Shown here: positions 10,096-20,777 of the stretch, piece by piece
Layout: every line of letters begins with the position of its first letter
How positions within the stretch are numbered: the stretch's first letter is position 1
DNA from: Bacteroidales bacterium
Lineage (GTDB): Bacteria; Bacteroidota; Bacteroidia; Bacteroidales; UBA1556
Direction: 5' to 3'
Assembly (NCBI GenBank): GCA_027064095.1
Contig: JAMOQI010000080.1
Span: 13,620-77,619 of the forward strand
DNA length: 64,000 bases
Position numbers and translations under genes: made by a program
The notes under the pieces: generated by a model
Databases searched by the model: none
The model's input: the letters and a program-made list of their open reading frames with translations, nothing else
What the model was told of the DNA's origin: nothing

Positions 10096-12033
10096 ATGTA
10101 TAGTGTTAATAACTTAGGTATTAGATATAGTGGCATCGACATTTTTACAAATGTTTCATTTCTTATAAACGAAAAAGACAGAATTGGATTAACAGGAAAA
10201 AATGGAGCTGGCAAATCAACATTACTAAAACTACTTTCAAAAAAAATAGAAGCTAATGAAGGAACAATCACCATCCCTAAAGATCGAAGCGTTAAATATC
10301 TTCCTCAGCATATTACTTGTACTACAAACCTAAGCATATTTGATGAGGCGATGACAGCCTTTGAAGAACATCAAGATCTGGAGAATAGAATTGACAAAAT
10401 CACTAATGAGCTTACATCACGTACCGACTACGAAAGCAAAGAATATCTTAACCTAATTAATGAACTAAATCATGCTAATGATCGCTTTCATATTCTAGAT
10501 GGACAAAGCATGGAGGGGAATACGGAAAAAGTTCTTTATGGTTTGGGCTTTGAAAAAGAAAAATTTGGCAACCTTGTGAGCTCTTTGAGCGGCGGTTGGC
10601 AGATGAGAGTTGAACTAGCAAAAATCCTGTTGCAAACTCCTGATTTAATTCTACTTGACGAGCCCACCAATCACCTTGATATTGAATCTATTCAATGGCT
10701 GGAAGACTTCCTAAAAAGCTATAACGGTGCTGTTGTATTGGTTTCTCACGATAGAGCATTTTTAGATGCCGTTACAAATAGAACAATAGAAATTACTAAA
10801 GGTAAAATTTACGATTATAAATGTAATTATTCAGAGTATATAAAACAAAGAGAGGTATTGCTAAATCAACAAAAATCCAGATTCGAAAACCAGCAAAAAG
10901 AGATAAAAGAAGTTGAGGACTTTATTGAAAGATTTAGGTATAAAGCAACAAAAGCAAAACAAGTACAATCACGTATAAAGCAACTTGATAAAATCGATCG
11001 TCAAGAACTTGACCTAATTGATAAGAAAAGTATTCACTTTAAGTTTCCTCCTGCCCCATCCTCTGGAAAAATAAGTGTTGAAATCGAAAATTACTCAAAA
11101 TCTTATGGCGATAATAATGTTCTTAAAGATATAAATCTGACTCTATTACGTAACGAGTTTATCGCTTTTGTTGGAAAAAACGGAGAAGGAAAATCGACAT
11201 TGGCAAAATCTATTATGAACCACATTGAGTATGAAGGAAATATAAAGCTTGGACATAATGTAAAGATTGGATATTATGCTCAAAACCAAGCAGAACTAAT
11301 GGATGAAGAGCAAACTGTATTTGAAACAATTGATAATGTTGCTGTAGGTGAAGTACGTAAAAAAGTAAAAAATATTCTAGGTAGCTTTCTGTTTTCTGGT
11401 GAAGATATAGAGAAAAAGGTAAAAGTACTAAGCGGAGGCGAGAAATCCAGATTGGCTCTTGCAAAACTATTACTTGAACCCGTAAATCTTCTTATCCTTG
11501 ACGAGCCTACAAATCATATTGATATGCAATCGAAAGATATTCTTAAAAATGCTCTTCTCGACTATAATGGCACTTTAATCGTAGTTTCTCACGATAGAGA
11601 TTTCTTGAAAGGATTAACTAATAAAGTATTTGAATTTAAAAACCATAAAGTTAAAGAACACCTGGGAGATATTTCATATTTCATAGAGAAAAGAAAATTA
11701 GAAAACCTTAAGGAATTAGAAAGGAGGTCGAAATCAGGCAATACAAAGTCTAACACTACATCCTCAAATAAAGAAGAGTATCTAAGAAGAAAAGAAATAG
11801 AAAAAGCAAAACGGAAATTACAAAAAGCTGTCGAGAAAATTGAAACACAAATTGAAGAACAAGAAAGCATGATTGCCATAATGGACGATCAACTTAGCCA
11901 CCCCAACGATTTTAATATTAACTTAGAAGATGGAAGCTTTTTGGAGAAATATAATAAAGCTAAAAAACGCTTAGACTCCTATGTTACCGAGTGGGAAAAA
12001 TTAAGTGAAGACTTAGATAAATTTGAAGCTTAA
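10096..12033 (+). CDS. ABC-F family ATP-binding protein
   Basis: Two NBDs (GKNGAGKS, GKNGEGKS, LSGG, LDEPTNH twice), no TM segments, C-terminal coiled coil. Confidence 0.95.
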   Translation: MYSVNNLGIRYSGIDIFTNVSFLINEKDRIGLTGKNGAGKSTLLKLLSKKIEANEGTITIPKDRSVKYLPQHITCTTNLSIFDEAMTAFEEHQDLENRIDKITNELTSRTDYESKEYLNLINELNHANDRFHILDGQSMEGNTEKVLYGLGFEKEKFGNLVSSLSGGWQMRVELAKILLQTPDLILLDEPTNHLDIESIQWLEDFLKSYNGAVVLVSHDRAFLDAVTNRTIEITKGKIYDYKCNYSEYIKQREVLLNQQKSRFENQQKEIKEVEDFIERFRYKATKAKQVQSRIKQLDKIDRQELDLIDKKSIHFKFPPAPSSGKISVEIENYSKSYGDNNVLKDINLTLLRNEFIAFVGKNGEGKSTLAKSIMNHIEYEGNIKLGHNVKIGYYAQNQAELMDEEQTVFETIDNVAVGEVRKKVKNILGSFLFSGEDIEKKVKVLSGGEKSRLALAKLLLEPVNLLILDEPTNHIDMQSKDILKNALLDYNGTLIVVSHDRDFLKGLTNKVFEFKNHKVKEHLGDISYFIEKRKLENLKELERRSKSGNTKSNTTSSNKEEYLRRKEIEKAKRKLQKAVEKIETQIEEQESMIAIMDDQLSHPNDFNINLEDGSFLEKYNKAKKRLDSYVTEWEKLSEDLDKFEA

Positions 12034-12049
12034 CAAGAAAAAAAACAAC

Positions 12050-12508
12050 ATGACCAACAATTATATTTTACGCCAACTTAGATACACGTTTGATTATTCC
12101 GATTCTCAAATGATTCAAATATTTCATATTGCCGGAAAAGAAGTAAGCAGAAGTGAAATAAGCAATTGGTTGAAAAAAGAAGATGATCCTGATTATAAAA
12201 ACCTCGTTGATAAAAACCTTTCATATTTTCTAAATGGATTTATCATTGACCGTAGAGGTAAAAAAGAAGGACATTTACCCATTGCAGAAAGCAAACTCAA
12301 CAACAATATTATTCTTCGTAAAATTAAAATAGCTCTTAATCTTAAGGATGAAGACATTCTTGAATTACTTAGCTATGCAAATTTTAGATTAAGCAAACAT
12401 GAATTAAGTGCATTTTTCAGGAAACCAACACAAAGCCAATATCGAAAATGTAAAGACCAGATAATCAGAAACTTTTTATATGGACTAAAGATTGCATATG
12501 CAGGTTAA
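12050..12508 (+). CDS. DUF1456 (YehS-like) protein
   Basis: MTNNYILRQLRY, FLNGFIIDRRG, NNIILRKIKIAL, SKHELSAFFRK, CKDQ. Confidence 0.85.
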   Translation: MTNNYILRQLRYTFDYSDSQMIQIFHIAGKEVSRSEISNWLKKEDDPDYKNLVDKNLSYFLNGFIIDRRGKKEGHLPIAESKLNNNIILRKIKIALNLKDEDILELLSYANFRLSKHELSAFFRKPTQSQYRKCKDQIIRNFLYGLKIAYAG

Positions 12509-12584
12509 CTAACAAATTACAGCTTAACTTTTCAGCAAGAAAATTTACTATATTTGTGGTTTCAAATTTTACAAAAGACAGGTT

Positions 12585-14252
12585 ATGAAGTATTTTTTTC
12601 TAAGCATTATTCTTACATTCATTATAAATCTAAACCTTAACGCCAAGGATACAAACATAAATCAAGAAAAAAATAGCACCTCAATAGTTCAAGTAAAAAA
12701 AACAAATAAAGAAAGAGATAATTTAAGTGAAAGAATTGACGAATGGTTTGCTCCAAAAGTAAAATGGCTAGGAGAAATATTATTTTGGGACCCATTCACT
12801 GCCATGGGGATTTATGATCCAATTGTAAGAGACAGCCAAGGAAATCCAATATTAGATATTAACAATAAACCCGTAGAAAAACATTTTCCACTTGTAGTAA
12901 TATGGCTGATATTAGGAGCTCTTTACTTCACTATAAGAATGAGATTCATAAATATCAGAGGCTTTAGACACGCCATTGACTTAATTAAAGGGAGTTATGA
13001 CAAACCCGATGATCCAGGCGAAGTATCGCATTTTCAAGCATTAGCAACCGCATTATCCGGCACTGTAGGACTTGGTAATATAGCGGGAGTAGCAATTGCT
13101 ATTAGTGTTGGTGGTCCCGGAGCTACTTTTTGGATGATCATAGCAGGATTACTTGGCATGTCATTGAAATTCACTGAAGTAACATTAGGAGTTAAATACC
13201 GCAAGGTAGATGAGAATGGAGTAGTTTCGGGAGGTCCAATGTATTATTTGTCAAGGGCTTTAAAAAAGAAAAATTTAGGCGTTATTGGTAAAATTCTTGC
13301 AGTTACATATGCAACTTTACTAATGGGAGCATCTCTTGGTGGTGGTAATATGTTCCAGGCAAATCAAACTTTTAAACAATTTGAAATGTTAATACCTGCC
13401 ATGCAAGGTCATGGTGCTTACTTTGGTTTAGCAATAGCAATATTAGTAGGAATAGTAATACTCGGTGGAATAAAAAGCATCGCAAAAGTAACAGAAAAAA
13501 TAGTTCCTATAATGGCTGGAATATATATTCTGGCAGCATTTTTTATTATTGGAGTTCATTGGGATGAAATTCCACATGTTATGGGCCTTATCTTAAAAGG
13601 AGCATTTATACCAGAAGCCATCAGAGGTGGTTTTATCGGAGTACTAATAATTGGTTTCCAAAGAGCAGCATTCTCCAATGAAGCAGGTGTAGGCTCGGCA
13701 TCAATAGCTCACTCAGCTGTTAAAACTGATGAACCTGTTAGTGAAGGACTTGTGGCTTTATTGGAGCCGTTAGTAGACACAGTGATAATTTGTACAATGA
13801 CAGCTTTTGTAATAATATTTACCGGATACCACAATCCTGAGCTTGCTAATGGATACGACGGAGCACAGCTTACATCTATGGCTTTCAGTAGTATTATCAG
13901 CTGGTTTCCTATCATTCTAACAATAGCAATAAGTTTATTTGCATTCTCAACATTAATATCTTGGTCTTACTACGGATTAAAAGGATTTACTTTTCTTTTT
14001 GGTAAATATTTCGATAGAGCATTCTCTAATAAAAACATTAAAAGATACGTGTTCTTTATTATATTTTTAACATTCATTGTAATCGGTGCAGCATCAAATA
14101 TGGGCTCTGTAATGGATTTTGCTGATATGATGATATTATCGATGGCTTTCCCTAATATTATCGGTCTTTTAATTTTAGCTCCTGAAGTATATAAGGATAT
14201 GAGAACTTATATGGCAAAAGTAAAAAGTGGTGAAATAAAGAAATATAAATAA
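12585..14252 (+). CDS. Alanine/glycine:cation symporter (AlsT/AgcS family)
   Basis: [47 protein letters not shown]. Confidence 0.95.
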   Translation: MKYFFLSIILTFIINLNLNAKDTNINQEKNSTSIVQVKKTNKERDNLSERIDEWFAPKVKWLGEILFWDPFTAMGIYDPIVRDSQGNPILDINNKPVEKHFPLVVIWLILGALYFTIRMRFINIRGFRHAIDLIKGSYDKPDDPGEVSHFQALATALSGTVGLGNIAGVAIAISVGGPGATFWMIIAGLLGMSLKFTEVTLGVKYRKVDENGVVSGGPMYYLSRALKKKNLGVIGKILAVTYATLLMGASLGGGNMFQANQTFKQFEMLIPAMQGHGAYFGLAIAILVGIVILGGIKSIAKVTEKIVPIMAGIYILAAFFIIGVHWDEIPHVMGLILKGAFIPEAIRGGFIGVLIIGFQRAAFSNEAGVGSASIAHSAVKTDEPVSEGLVALLEPLVDTVIICTMTAFVIIFTGYHNPELANGYDGAQLTSMAFSSIISWFPIILTIAISLFAFSTLISWSYYGLKGFTFLFGKYFDRAFSNKNIKRYVFFIIFLTFIVIGAASNMGSVMDFADMMILSMAFPNIIGLLILAPEVYKDMRTYMAKVKSGEIKKYK

Positions 14253-14257
14253 GACTA

Positions 14258-14511
14258 TTAACCTGGATTATTCACAAGTAATCCTAACGATTAAGTAAAA
14301 CTAATAACCTCTGTTATAAAGTCTCACTCACAGAAAGATTATATCGAACTGAGGTTAATAAATTTAGATACTTTTCAAATACCCAAACTTGAGTTTATTA
14401 TAAATCAGCCTGTCCCGAACTTATATTAACAGGGTTTTCTCGCATTACACCCCACTTTTCATTACTCATTCATACAATTCGCTTTGCTTTTGTATGAATA
14501 ATGCAGATTAA
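14258..14511. mobile_element. MITE-like composite repeat, copy 2
   Basis: TIRs TTAACCTGGATTATTCA...TGAATAATGCAGATTAA, colinear with 2462-2711. Lies between convergent genes. Confidence 0.75.
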
Positions 14512-14539
14512 AGATATTTTTAATACTGGAAATAAATAA

Positions 14540-15211
14540 TTACTTTTTCCCTTGTACAACAATAACAATTTCGCCTTTTACAGTTCCTTTTACAAAATAT
14601 TCTGCAAGTTCTTTCAAGCTACCTCGCTTTGTCTCTTCATATATCTTACTTATCTCTCTACTTACTGACGCCTGTCTTTCTGCACCGAGTTCAACTGCCA
14701 GTTGAGTAAGAGTCTTTACCAATCGATGTGGTGACTCATAAAGGATAAAAGAATATTTATGATTTGCGAGTTCTTTAATTCTTGTTTGTCGTCCTTTTTT
14801 ATGAGGCAAAAAACCCTCAAAAACAAATCTATCATTTGGTAATCCACTATTAACTATTGCAGGTACAAAAGCTGTTGCTCCGGGTAAACATTCTACTTCT
14901 ATACCTTCTTTAATACACTCACGCACAAGAAGAAATCCAGGGTCACTAATAGCCGGTGTGCCTGCATCAGAAATTAGACCCACCGACTGCGATTGCTGTA
15001 TCCTTTGTATTATAGATGCTAACTTCTCATGCTCGTTATGCATATGATAAGCTACCAACGATGTTAGAATTTCGTAATGATTAAAAAACTTTTTAGATGT
15101 TCTTGTATCTTCAGCCAAAACAAAATCTACTTCTTTAAGCAGTCGCAATGCTCGCATTGTAACATCTTCAAGATTACCTATTGGTGTAGGGATGACATAT
15201 AATTTTGCCAT
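14540..15211 (-). CDS. rsmI: 16S rRNA C1402 2'-O-methyltransferase
   Basis: PTPIGNLED, AEDTR, SDAGTPAISDPG, YESPHR, REISK. Confidence 0.95.
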   Translation of the reverse strand: MAKLYVIPTPIGNLEDVTMRALRLLKEVDFVLAEDTRTSKKFFNHYEILTSLVAYHMHNEHEKLASIIQRIQQSQSVGLISDAGTPAISDPGFLLVRECIKEGIEVECLPGATAFVPAIVNSGLPNDRFVFEGFLPHKKGRQTRIKELANHKYSFILYESPHRLVKTLTQLAVELGAERQASVSREISKIYEETKRGSLKELAEYFVKGTVKGEIVIVVQGKK

Positions 15212-15212
15212 A

Positions 15213-16490
15213 TTATTGTTCTTTTATAAAATCACGAATAAGTTTAAATAATCCATTATACTTTGTCAAAGGTACACTTTGAGGTAAATCAGTTGGAGAA
15301 TGATATTCAGAATACTCATCCCCGGTAGTATAAATAAAAAATGACGGTACTTTTTTTAAATAAAATGGACAATGATCGCTATTGCAGGCTTCGCCCCTTA
15401 CTTTTACTTTTTTTAAGTATTTTTTGCTGTTATTTATTTGTAACAGTTTGTTAAATTGATCTTTAAAAATTGTTCCATTAACAACAACAATACCCTTACT
15501 TCCGGTACCAACCATATCTAAATTTAACATAAAATGAATCTTCTTTAAGTCAAAAAGTGGATGTTGCACAAAATATAATGAACCCAAAAGACCAACCTCC
15601 TCTCCAGAGAAAGAGATAAATACTATGCTATAATCCGGCTTATTTTCTTCTTTGGAGTAATATCTTGCCATATCGAGTAGCATTGAAGTGCCACTGAGAT
15701 TATCATTACCTCCGGGAAATACCACCTCTTGCCCCATCATTCCCATATGATCATAATGAGCACCTATTACAATAAACGAATCCGGATATTTTGTTCCTTC
15801 TACATACGAAACTACATTCTGTGTTTTAAATTTAGAGAAATAATTATTTTTAAAACTAATGGAAATTTCACTTACATTCCTCTTAAACTTACTATCTAAT
15901 ACATCAATAATAGCATAATCAACAGGCTCCTGGGCATGAGAAAAACTCCACGGATTTAATTTATCCTTATTCAAAAATATTAAGCCTCCAACAGATGTTT
16001 TAAATAAATATCTAACTTCTTTATTTTCTTTACTAAAAACAAGAAAAGTCTTTTTTAAATCAGGATTCATTAATATTGACTTTAAGTATTTGTCATCATT
16101 AGCAAATAAACTATCATCAATAAAAATAACTTTATACTTAGATTTTCTTTCTCTAGAAGCATTTAAAATATAATAATCTGTACCAGGCTGAAGAGTATCA
16201 CTTCCTACTACAAAATAATCAACTTGCGAGATAGTATTTATTGGAAAAGTAAACTCTTGAAAATAACTATCATTGAAATGCTTTAGTCCATCATTCTTAA
16301 ACTGATTAGCGATAAAATCAGCAGCTTTTTTATTTCCATCACCGACATATCCTCTTCCCATATAATCTGGCGCACCCAGTGTCATCATCATTTTCCGAGC
16401 ATAAGTTGAATCTTGAGCATAAATAAATGAATCTGCAATCAAAAAACTAAACAATAACGCAACAAAAAGAAACAAATAGTAATTTTTCAT
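15213..16490 (-). CDS. M28 family aminopeptidase
   Basis: Signal peptide, GAHYDH, GGNDNLSG, GEEVGLLGS, NLDMVG, SDH, YH. Confidence 0.9.
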   Translation of the reverse strand: MKNYYLFLFVALLFSFLIADSFIYAQDSTYARKMMMTLGAPDYMGRGYVGDGNKKAADFIANQFKNDGLKHFNDSYFQEFTFPINTISQVDYFVVGSDTLQPGTDYYILNASRERKSKYKVIFIDDSLFANDDKYLKSILMNPDLKKTFLVFSKENKEVRYLFKTSVGGLIFLNKDKLNPWSFSHAQEPVDYAIIDVLDSKFKRNVSEISISFKNNYFSKFKTQNVVSYVEGTKYPDSFIVIGAHYDHMGMMGQEVVFPGGNDNLSGTSMLLDMARYYSKEENKPDYSIVFISFSGEEVGLLGSLYFVQHPLFDLKKIHFMLNLDMVGTGSKGIVVVNGTIFKDQFNKLLQINNSKKYLKKVKVRGEACNSDHCPFYLKKVPSFFIYTTGDEYSEYHSPTDLPQSVPLTKYNGLFKLIRDFIKEQ

Positions 16491-16671
16491 AAATTATAGC
16501 AATAATAAATTATAATAAAGTCCAATTCTTATTTGGCAAATTTAAACAAATAAGAGGAATTCGGCTAAATAATAAGATATTTTCATTTTGTAAGTAAAAT
16601 AGAATCTCCAAAAACGAAAATAGTTGTATTTTTGTAATGATAAGTAAATACAAATTTTAAATATATATATA

Positions 16672-17751
16672 ATGTCAGAAAAAATATTTGATAAGGTAAA
16701 ACCCGGCTTTATCTACGGAGAAGATTTACAAGAGGTATTAAGAATAGCAAAAGCTAATAATTTTGCTCTTCCGGCAGTCAATGTTGTTAATTCAGACTCT
16801 GTAAACGCCGCTTTAGAAGCAGCAGCAAAAGTAAATAGCCCAATAATAATACAATTTTCGAATGGTGGAGGTCAATTTTATTGTGGAAAAGGCCTTAAAC
16901 TTGAAGGTCAAGAAGCTGCAATAGCAGGTTCTATTGCTGGCGCAATGCACATTCATCAAATGGCGGAATTATATGGTGTACCCGTTATTATTCATACTGA
17001 CCATGCTGCAAAGAAATTACTTCCTTGGATTGATGGTCTATTAGATGCCGGTGAAGAATTTTTTGAAACTTATGGCAAACCTTTATTTAGCTCTCATATG
17101 CTGGATTTATCTGAAGAGACTTTAGAAGAAAATATCTCAATCAGTAAGAAGTATCTTGAGAGAATGAGCAAATTAGGAATGACGTTAGAGATTGAACTAG
17201 GTGTTACCGGAGGCGAAGAAGATGGTGTTGACAACACAAGTATTGATAACTCTATGCTTTATACCCAACCTGAAGATGTAGCTTATGCTTATGAAGAGTT
17301 AAAGAAAGTAAGTGACTATTTCACAGTGGCAGCCTCCTTTGGTAATGTACATGGAGTATACAAGCCTGGGAATGTACACCTTACTCCAAAAATCCTTGAT
17401 AATTCTCAAAAATATATACAGGAGAAATTTAATACTGAAGAAAAACCTGTAAACTTTGTATTCCATGGTGGCTCAGGTTCCGATCCTAAAGATATTAAAG
17501 AAGCAATAAGTTATGGTGTTATCAAAATGAATATTGATACAGATACACAGTGGGCTACATGGAATGGAGTAAGAGAATATGAAGCAAAATACCATGATTA
17601 CTTGCAAGGACAAATTGGAAATCCTGAGGGTGATGACAAGCCAAATAAAAAATATTACGACCCTAGAAAGTGGTTAAGAGAAGGAGAAATAAGCATGGTT
17701 AATAGATTAGAAAAAGCATTTAAAGAATTAAATGCTCTTAACAGAAATTAA
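16672..17751 (+). CDS. fbaA: Class II fructose-bisphosphate aldolase
   Basis: HTDHA, FSSHMLDLS, GNVHGVYKPG, VFHGGSG, KKYYDPR. Confidence 0.97.
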   Translation: MSEKIFDKVKPGFIYGEDLQEVLRIAKANNFALPAVNVVNSDSVNAALEAAAKVNSPIIIQFSNGGGQFYCGKGLKLEGQEAAIAGSIAGAMHIHQMAELYGVPVIIHTDHAAKKLLPWIDGLLDAGEEFFETYGKPLFSSHMLDLSEETLEENISISKKYLERMSKLGMTLEIELGVTGGEEDGVDNTSIDNSMLYTQPEDVAYAYEELKKVSDYFTVAASFGNVHGVYKPGNVHLTPKILDNSQKYIQEKFNTEEKPVNFVFHGGSGSDPKDIKEAISYGVIKMNIDTDTQWATWNGVREYEAKYHDYLQGQIGNPEGDDKPNKKYYDPRKWLREGEISMVNRLEKAFKELNALNRN

Positions 17752-17764
17752 TACTATACTTAAT

Positions 17765-17800
17765 AAAAAAAGCTCTGAAAAAATTTCAGAGCTTTTTTTT
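17765..17800. terminator. Bidirectional intrinsic terminator
   Basis: A-run, AGCTCTGAAA...TTTCAGAGCT stem, T-run, between convergent genes. Confidence 0.9.
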
Positions 17801-17804
17801 ATTA

Positions 17805-18659
17805 CTATAATCCGGGTCTAGTTCTCAATATCTCTTTATTAGCAATACTTAGAATAGGAACAGGAGATTGGTTCACCAATTGTTGTCCCTGAGAACCTAA
17901 CCATATATCCGATGCTAGCTTCTCTGTTTCTATCATAGTGGCAATCAAACCAGCATCTACTTTTATAGCGTAATTCATAATAGTCCTTGCACCGTTATTA
18001 GATTTTGTATAATGAGTAACAACTTTCTTTACCCCACTTTTTTCTAAAAACTTTTCTGTTTGTTCAACATAACTATTAACTCTCTTTCTGAGTGTACCAA
18101 CATTGGTAAAATAAAGGCCTAAAATATGAACTTCAGCACCATAAGCTAGGGCTATCTTTGTTGCAATTGGTAATTTTTGTCTGGTATCTAAAGTACTATC
18201 AATGGGTATTACTATTGTTTTTAGACCTCGTTTTAAAGTCCTGTGTTCACGTATAGTGATAACAGGGCATTTTGCCTCCGCAATAACATGATTTGCATTA
18301 TCTCCCATTAAAAACCTCCTAAATCCCTGATTACCATGCGCACCCATCATAATAATATCTACCTGATTTTCGATGGAAATTTTAACAATTTCTTTATAAG
18401 TAACTCCTTTTACTAATTTAAGCTCAACCATATCAGGGCTTATTCTATCTTTATAACCTTCTTTTATTTTATTAAAAGTTTCAGTTACCACATCATGTAA
18501 ATTCTGATCCTTGGTCAAATTAAGATGTCTAATAGAATTTTTATTTTCCACCCACACACATAGTAAACTCGATCTAAACCTACTAGCAAGACCTATTGCA
18601 TGGTCAAATGTATTCAATGAAGACTCTGAAAAATCTATTCCAACAAGTATCTCATTCAT
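17805..18659 (-). CDS. Universal stress protein (tandem USP domains)
   Basis: ILVGIDFS, MGAHG..G....GDNA, CPVIT, SPVPILS. Confidence 0.9.
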   Translation of the reverse strand: MNEILVGIDFSESSLNTFDHAIGLASRFRSSLLCVWVENKNSIRHLNLTKDQNLHDVVTETFNKIKEGYKDRISPDMVELKLVKGVTYKEIVKISIENQVDIIMMGAHGNQGFRRFLMGDNANHVIAEAKCPVITIREHRTLKRGLKTIVIPIDSTLDTRQKLPIATKIALAYGAEVHILGLYFTNVGTLRKRVNSYVEQTEKFLEKSGVKKVVTHYTKSNNGARTIMNYAIKVDAGLIATMIETEKLASDIWLGSQGQQLVNQSPVPILSIANKEILRTRPGL

Positions 18660-18896
18660 AAGAAAAACGTATTACAGTGATTAATTGCCACAAAGATAAC
18701 ACAAAAAGTTAATACTTTCAAATATCGGAATTTATAAATGAATAGAAAATTTTTCATCAAAATCAAAGTAAAAAGAATCTTATGACTACATTAACTTATT
18801 GATAATATGTATTCTAAAGCTATTAATAACAAAAAGTTTGATAGCAAAAACTTTTTTTCAGGCAAGACTCATAGATAAAAATATCTATAGTAAAAA

Positions 18897-19397
18897 TTAA
18901 GGTTTAATTTCATTTTTATCAATCTGATCTTTTTCAATATAGGGATAATTAATATCATCAGCAACTACAAAAGCGAAAGGATAATCCTTAAGAATAGATT
19001 GCATAAAGTATAAGGCGTCTAGCTTAGATATAAAATCACCAATTCTAACTTTAAAATAAGGTGAATTATAAACTACGTACACATGAATACCAGGGTAATC
19101 CATCAATAATTCAGCTTTTTCTTTATTAGCTTTATCCTTAGAGTTTACACCCGAAACTGATAATATCTGAATTCTATAACCTCTAAAACTTTTTTTGGTT
19201 TTGTTAACAACTATATTCTTTTTAAGAATAGATTCTATTTGTTCTGATTGATGGTAAACCACCATCCCCAAAGTGTCGGTAATATAATTATTTCTTTTAT
19301 AAAGGAAATTAGTATTAATGTCTTCTTGAGCATTAATACCTGTATATGTTGCAACAATAGCAAACAATAAAACAAATCTTACTATAATTTTTATCAT
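18897..19397 (-). CDS. SPOR-domain protein
   Basis: Signal peptide, GYRIQI, SPYFKVRIGDF, YPFAFVV. Confidence 0.85.
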   Translation of the reverse strand: MIKIIVRFVLLFAIVATYTGINAQEDINTNFLYKRNNYITDTLGMVVYHQSEQIESILKKNIVVNKTKKSFRGYRIQILSVSGVNSKDKANKEKAELLMDYPGIHVYVVYNSPYFKVRIGDFISKLDALYFMQSILKDYPFAFVVADDINYPYIEKDQIDKNEIKP

Positions 19398-19415
19398 CTT
19401 GCAAAATTATAAAAA

Positions 19416-20264
19416 CTATTTGGTTTGATAATCATAAATTGACTTTGATCTGATACTTAAAACAGGTATTGGGCTATGATTAACCATTTGCTGTGCATAA
19501 GGTCCTAAAAATAAATTCATTGGAGCAGACTCTTGATCTGTCATTATGCATATTAAATCTGAATTATTCTCTTTTGCGTATTTTATTGTTCCATCAGTAA
19601 CATTACCAACCTTAGCCACATCGGTAGAATATGGTATTTCATATTCATCTAAATATTTCTTGGTCTGCTCAGCATATTCATCTACCAAATCCCTAATTGA
19701 AGCAACATTAGAAGAATAAACTGAGAGAATTTGAACAGTTGCATTAAAACATTTTGCTAAAAAAGCCACAAATGGTACTTTCTGTCTGGTTTCACGTGTG
19801 CTATCAAGTGGTAATAAAATATTATTTATTGGTTTATTATAATCTTCATCATAACGAAGAGTGATAACCGGGCATTGCGCATTTGCAACAATCTTATAAG
19901 CATTACTGCCCATCCAAAACTCATCAAATCCTGATGTTCCATGAGTGCCAACAATAATTAATGTAGCATCGTGATATTTAGCTTGATTGGTTAACTCTTT
20001 ATGTACTTTCCCATTACGCATTTTATACAGAAATTTACCTCCTGTAAGTTCATCTTTGTATTCTTCTACTATTGCTTCAAATCTCTTTTTTGCTTCTAAT
20101 CGTGGATCAAATGCATTAGAATATACTGTATTTGTACTATTACCCTTGTCCACCCATACCATCATAAGATTTGCATTTATTTTATTAGATACATTTATTG
20201 CAAAATGTAGAGCATTCATTGCTCCTTCAGAAAAATCCATTCCTAATATAACTATCTTCTTCAT
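19416..20264 (-). CDS. Universal stress protein (paralogue of 17805-18659)
   Basis: From MKKIVILGMDFS; GTHGTSG...GSNA, CPVITLR, SPIPVLS. Confidence 0.9.
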   Translation of the reverse strand: MKKIVILGMDFSEGAMNALHFAINVSNKINANLMMVWVDKGNSTNTVYSNAFDPRLEAKKRFEAIVEEYKDELTGGKFLYKMRNGKVHKELTNQAKYHDATLIIVGTHGTSGFDEFWMGSNAYKIVANAQCPVITLRYDEDYNKPINNILLPLDSTRETRQKVPFVAFLAKCFNATVQILSVYSSNVASIRDLVDEYAEQTKKYLDEYEIPYSTDVAKVGNVTDGTIKYAKENNSDLICIMTDQESAPMNLFLGPYAQQMVNHSPIPVLSIRSKSIYDYQTK

Positions 20265-20777
20265 AATAGATAATAATTTAATAATTAATACGCACAGACA
20301 TTTACCACCGTAAAAATACAATAAATATATATAAAATACAAATTCAAATACTATTTTAAAGAAGAAACCAAATTATTCTTAAATAACTAATTATTTTATT
20401 GAGAAATAGTTTATAAAAAAATCTATTTTCTCATTCTTTTTTCATATTTTTGAAACTCAATTGTTTCATTGCTTATTGACTATTAAATCCTTTGTTTCTT
20501 CCCTAATAAAATATGAGATTCCATTACTTATAATGAAACATAAATAACTTTACATTTTAAAGTTTTAATTCAAATTTAACAGGAAGTTCACAAAAGGAAT
20601 TAATAAATATATAATTATCGATGATAATACTATTTTTATTATGTGATTATATATCACTTAATTAATAAAGTTTAAATATATGAAACACATATGATTAAAA
20701 TAATTATTAAACACACAAGAGAATGATTATTTTTATCATTAGGTGTTCCATATCACCAAAACAAACATTTTAAATAT

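Noticed and set aside
12498-12508. ATGCAGGTTAA at the DUF1456 stop resembling the MITE right end
   Set aside because: Only an 11-bp match with no partner arm.
20322-20777. Long AT-rich leader before gatE as a T-box or other ncRNA
   Set aside because: No T-box or riboswitch consensus visible, only a weak GGTG...CACC hairpin near 20742-20757.
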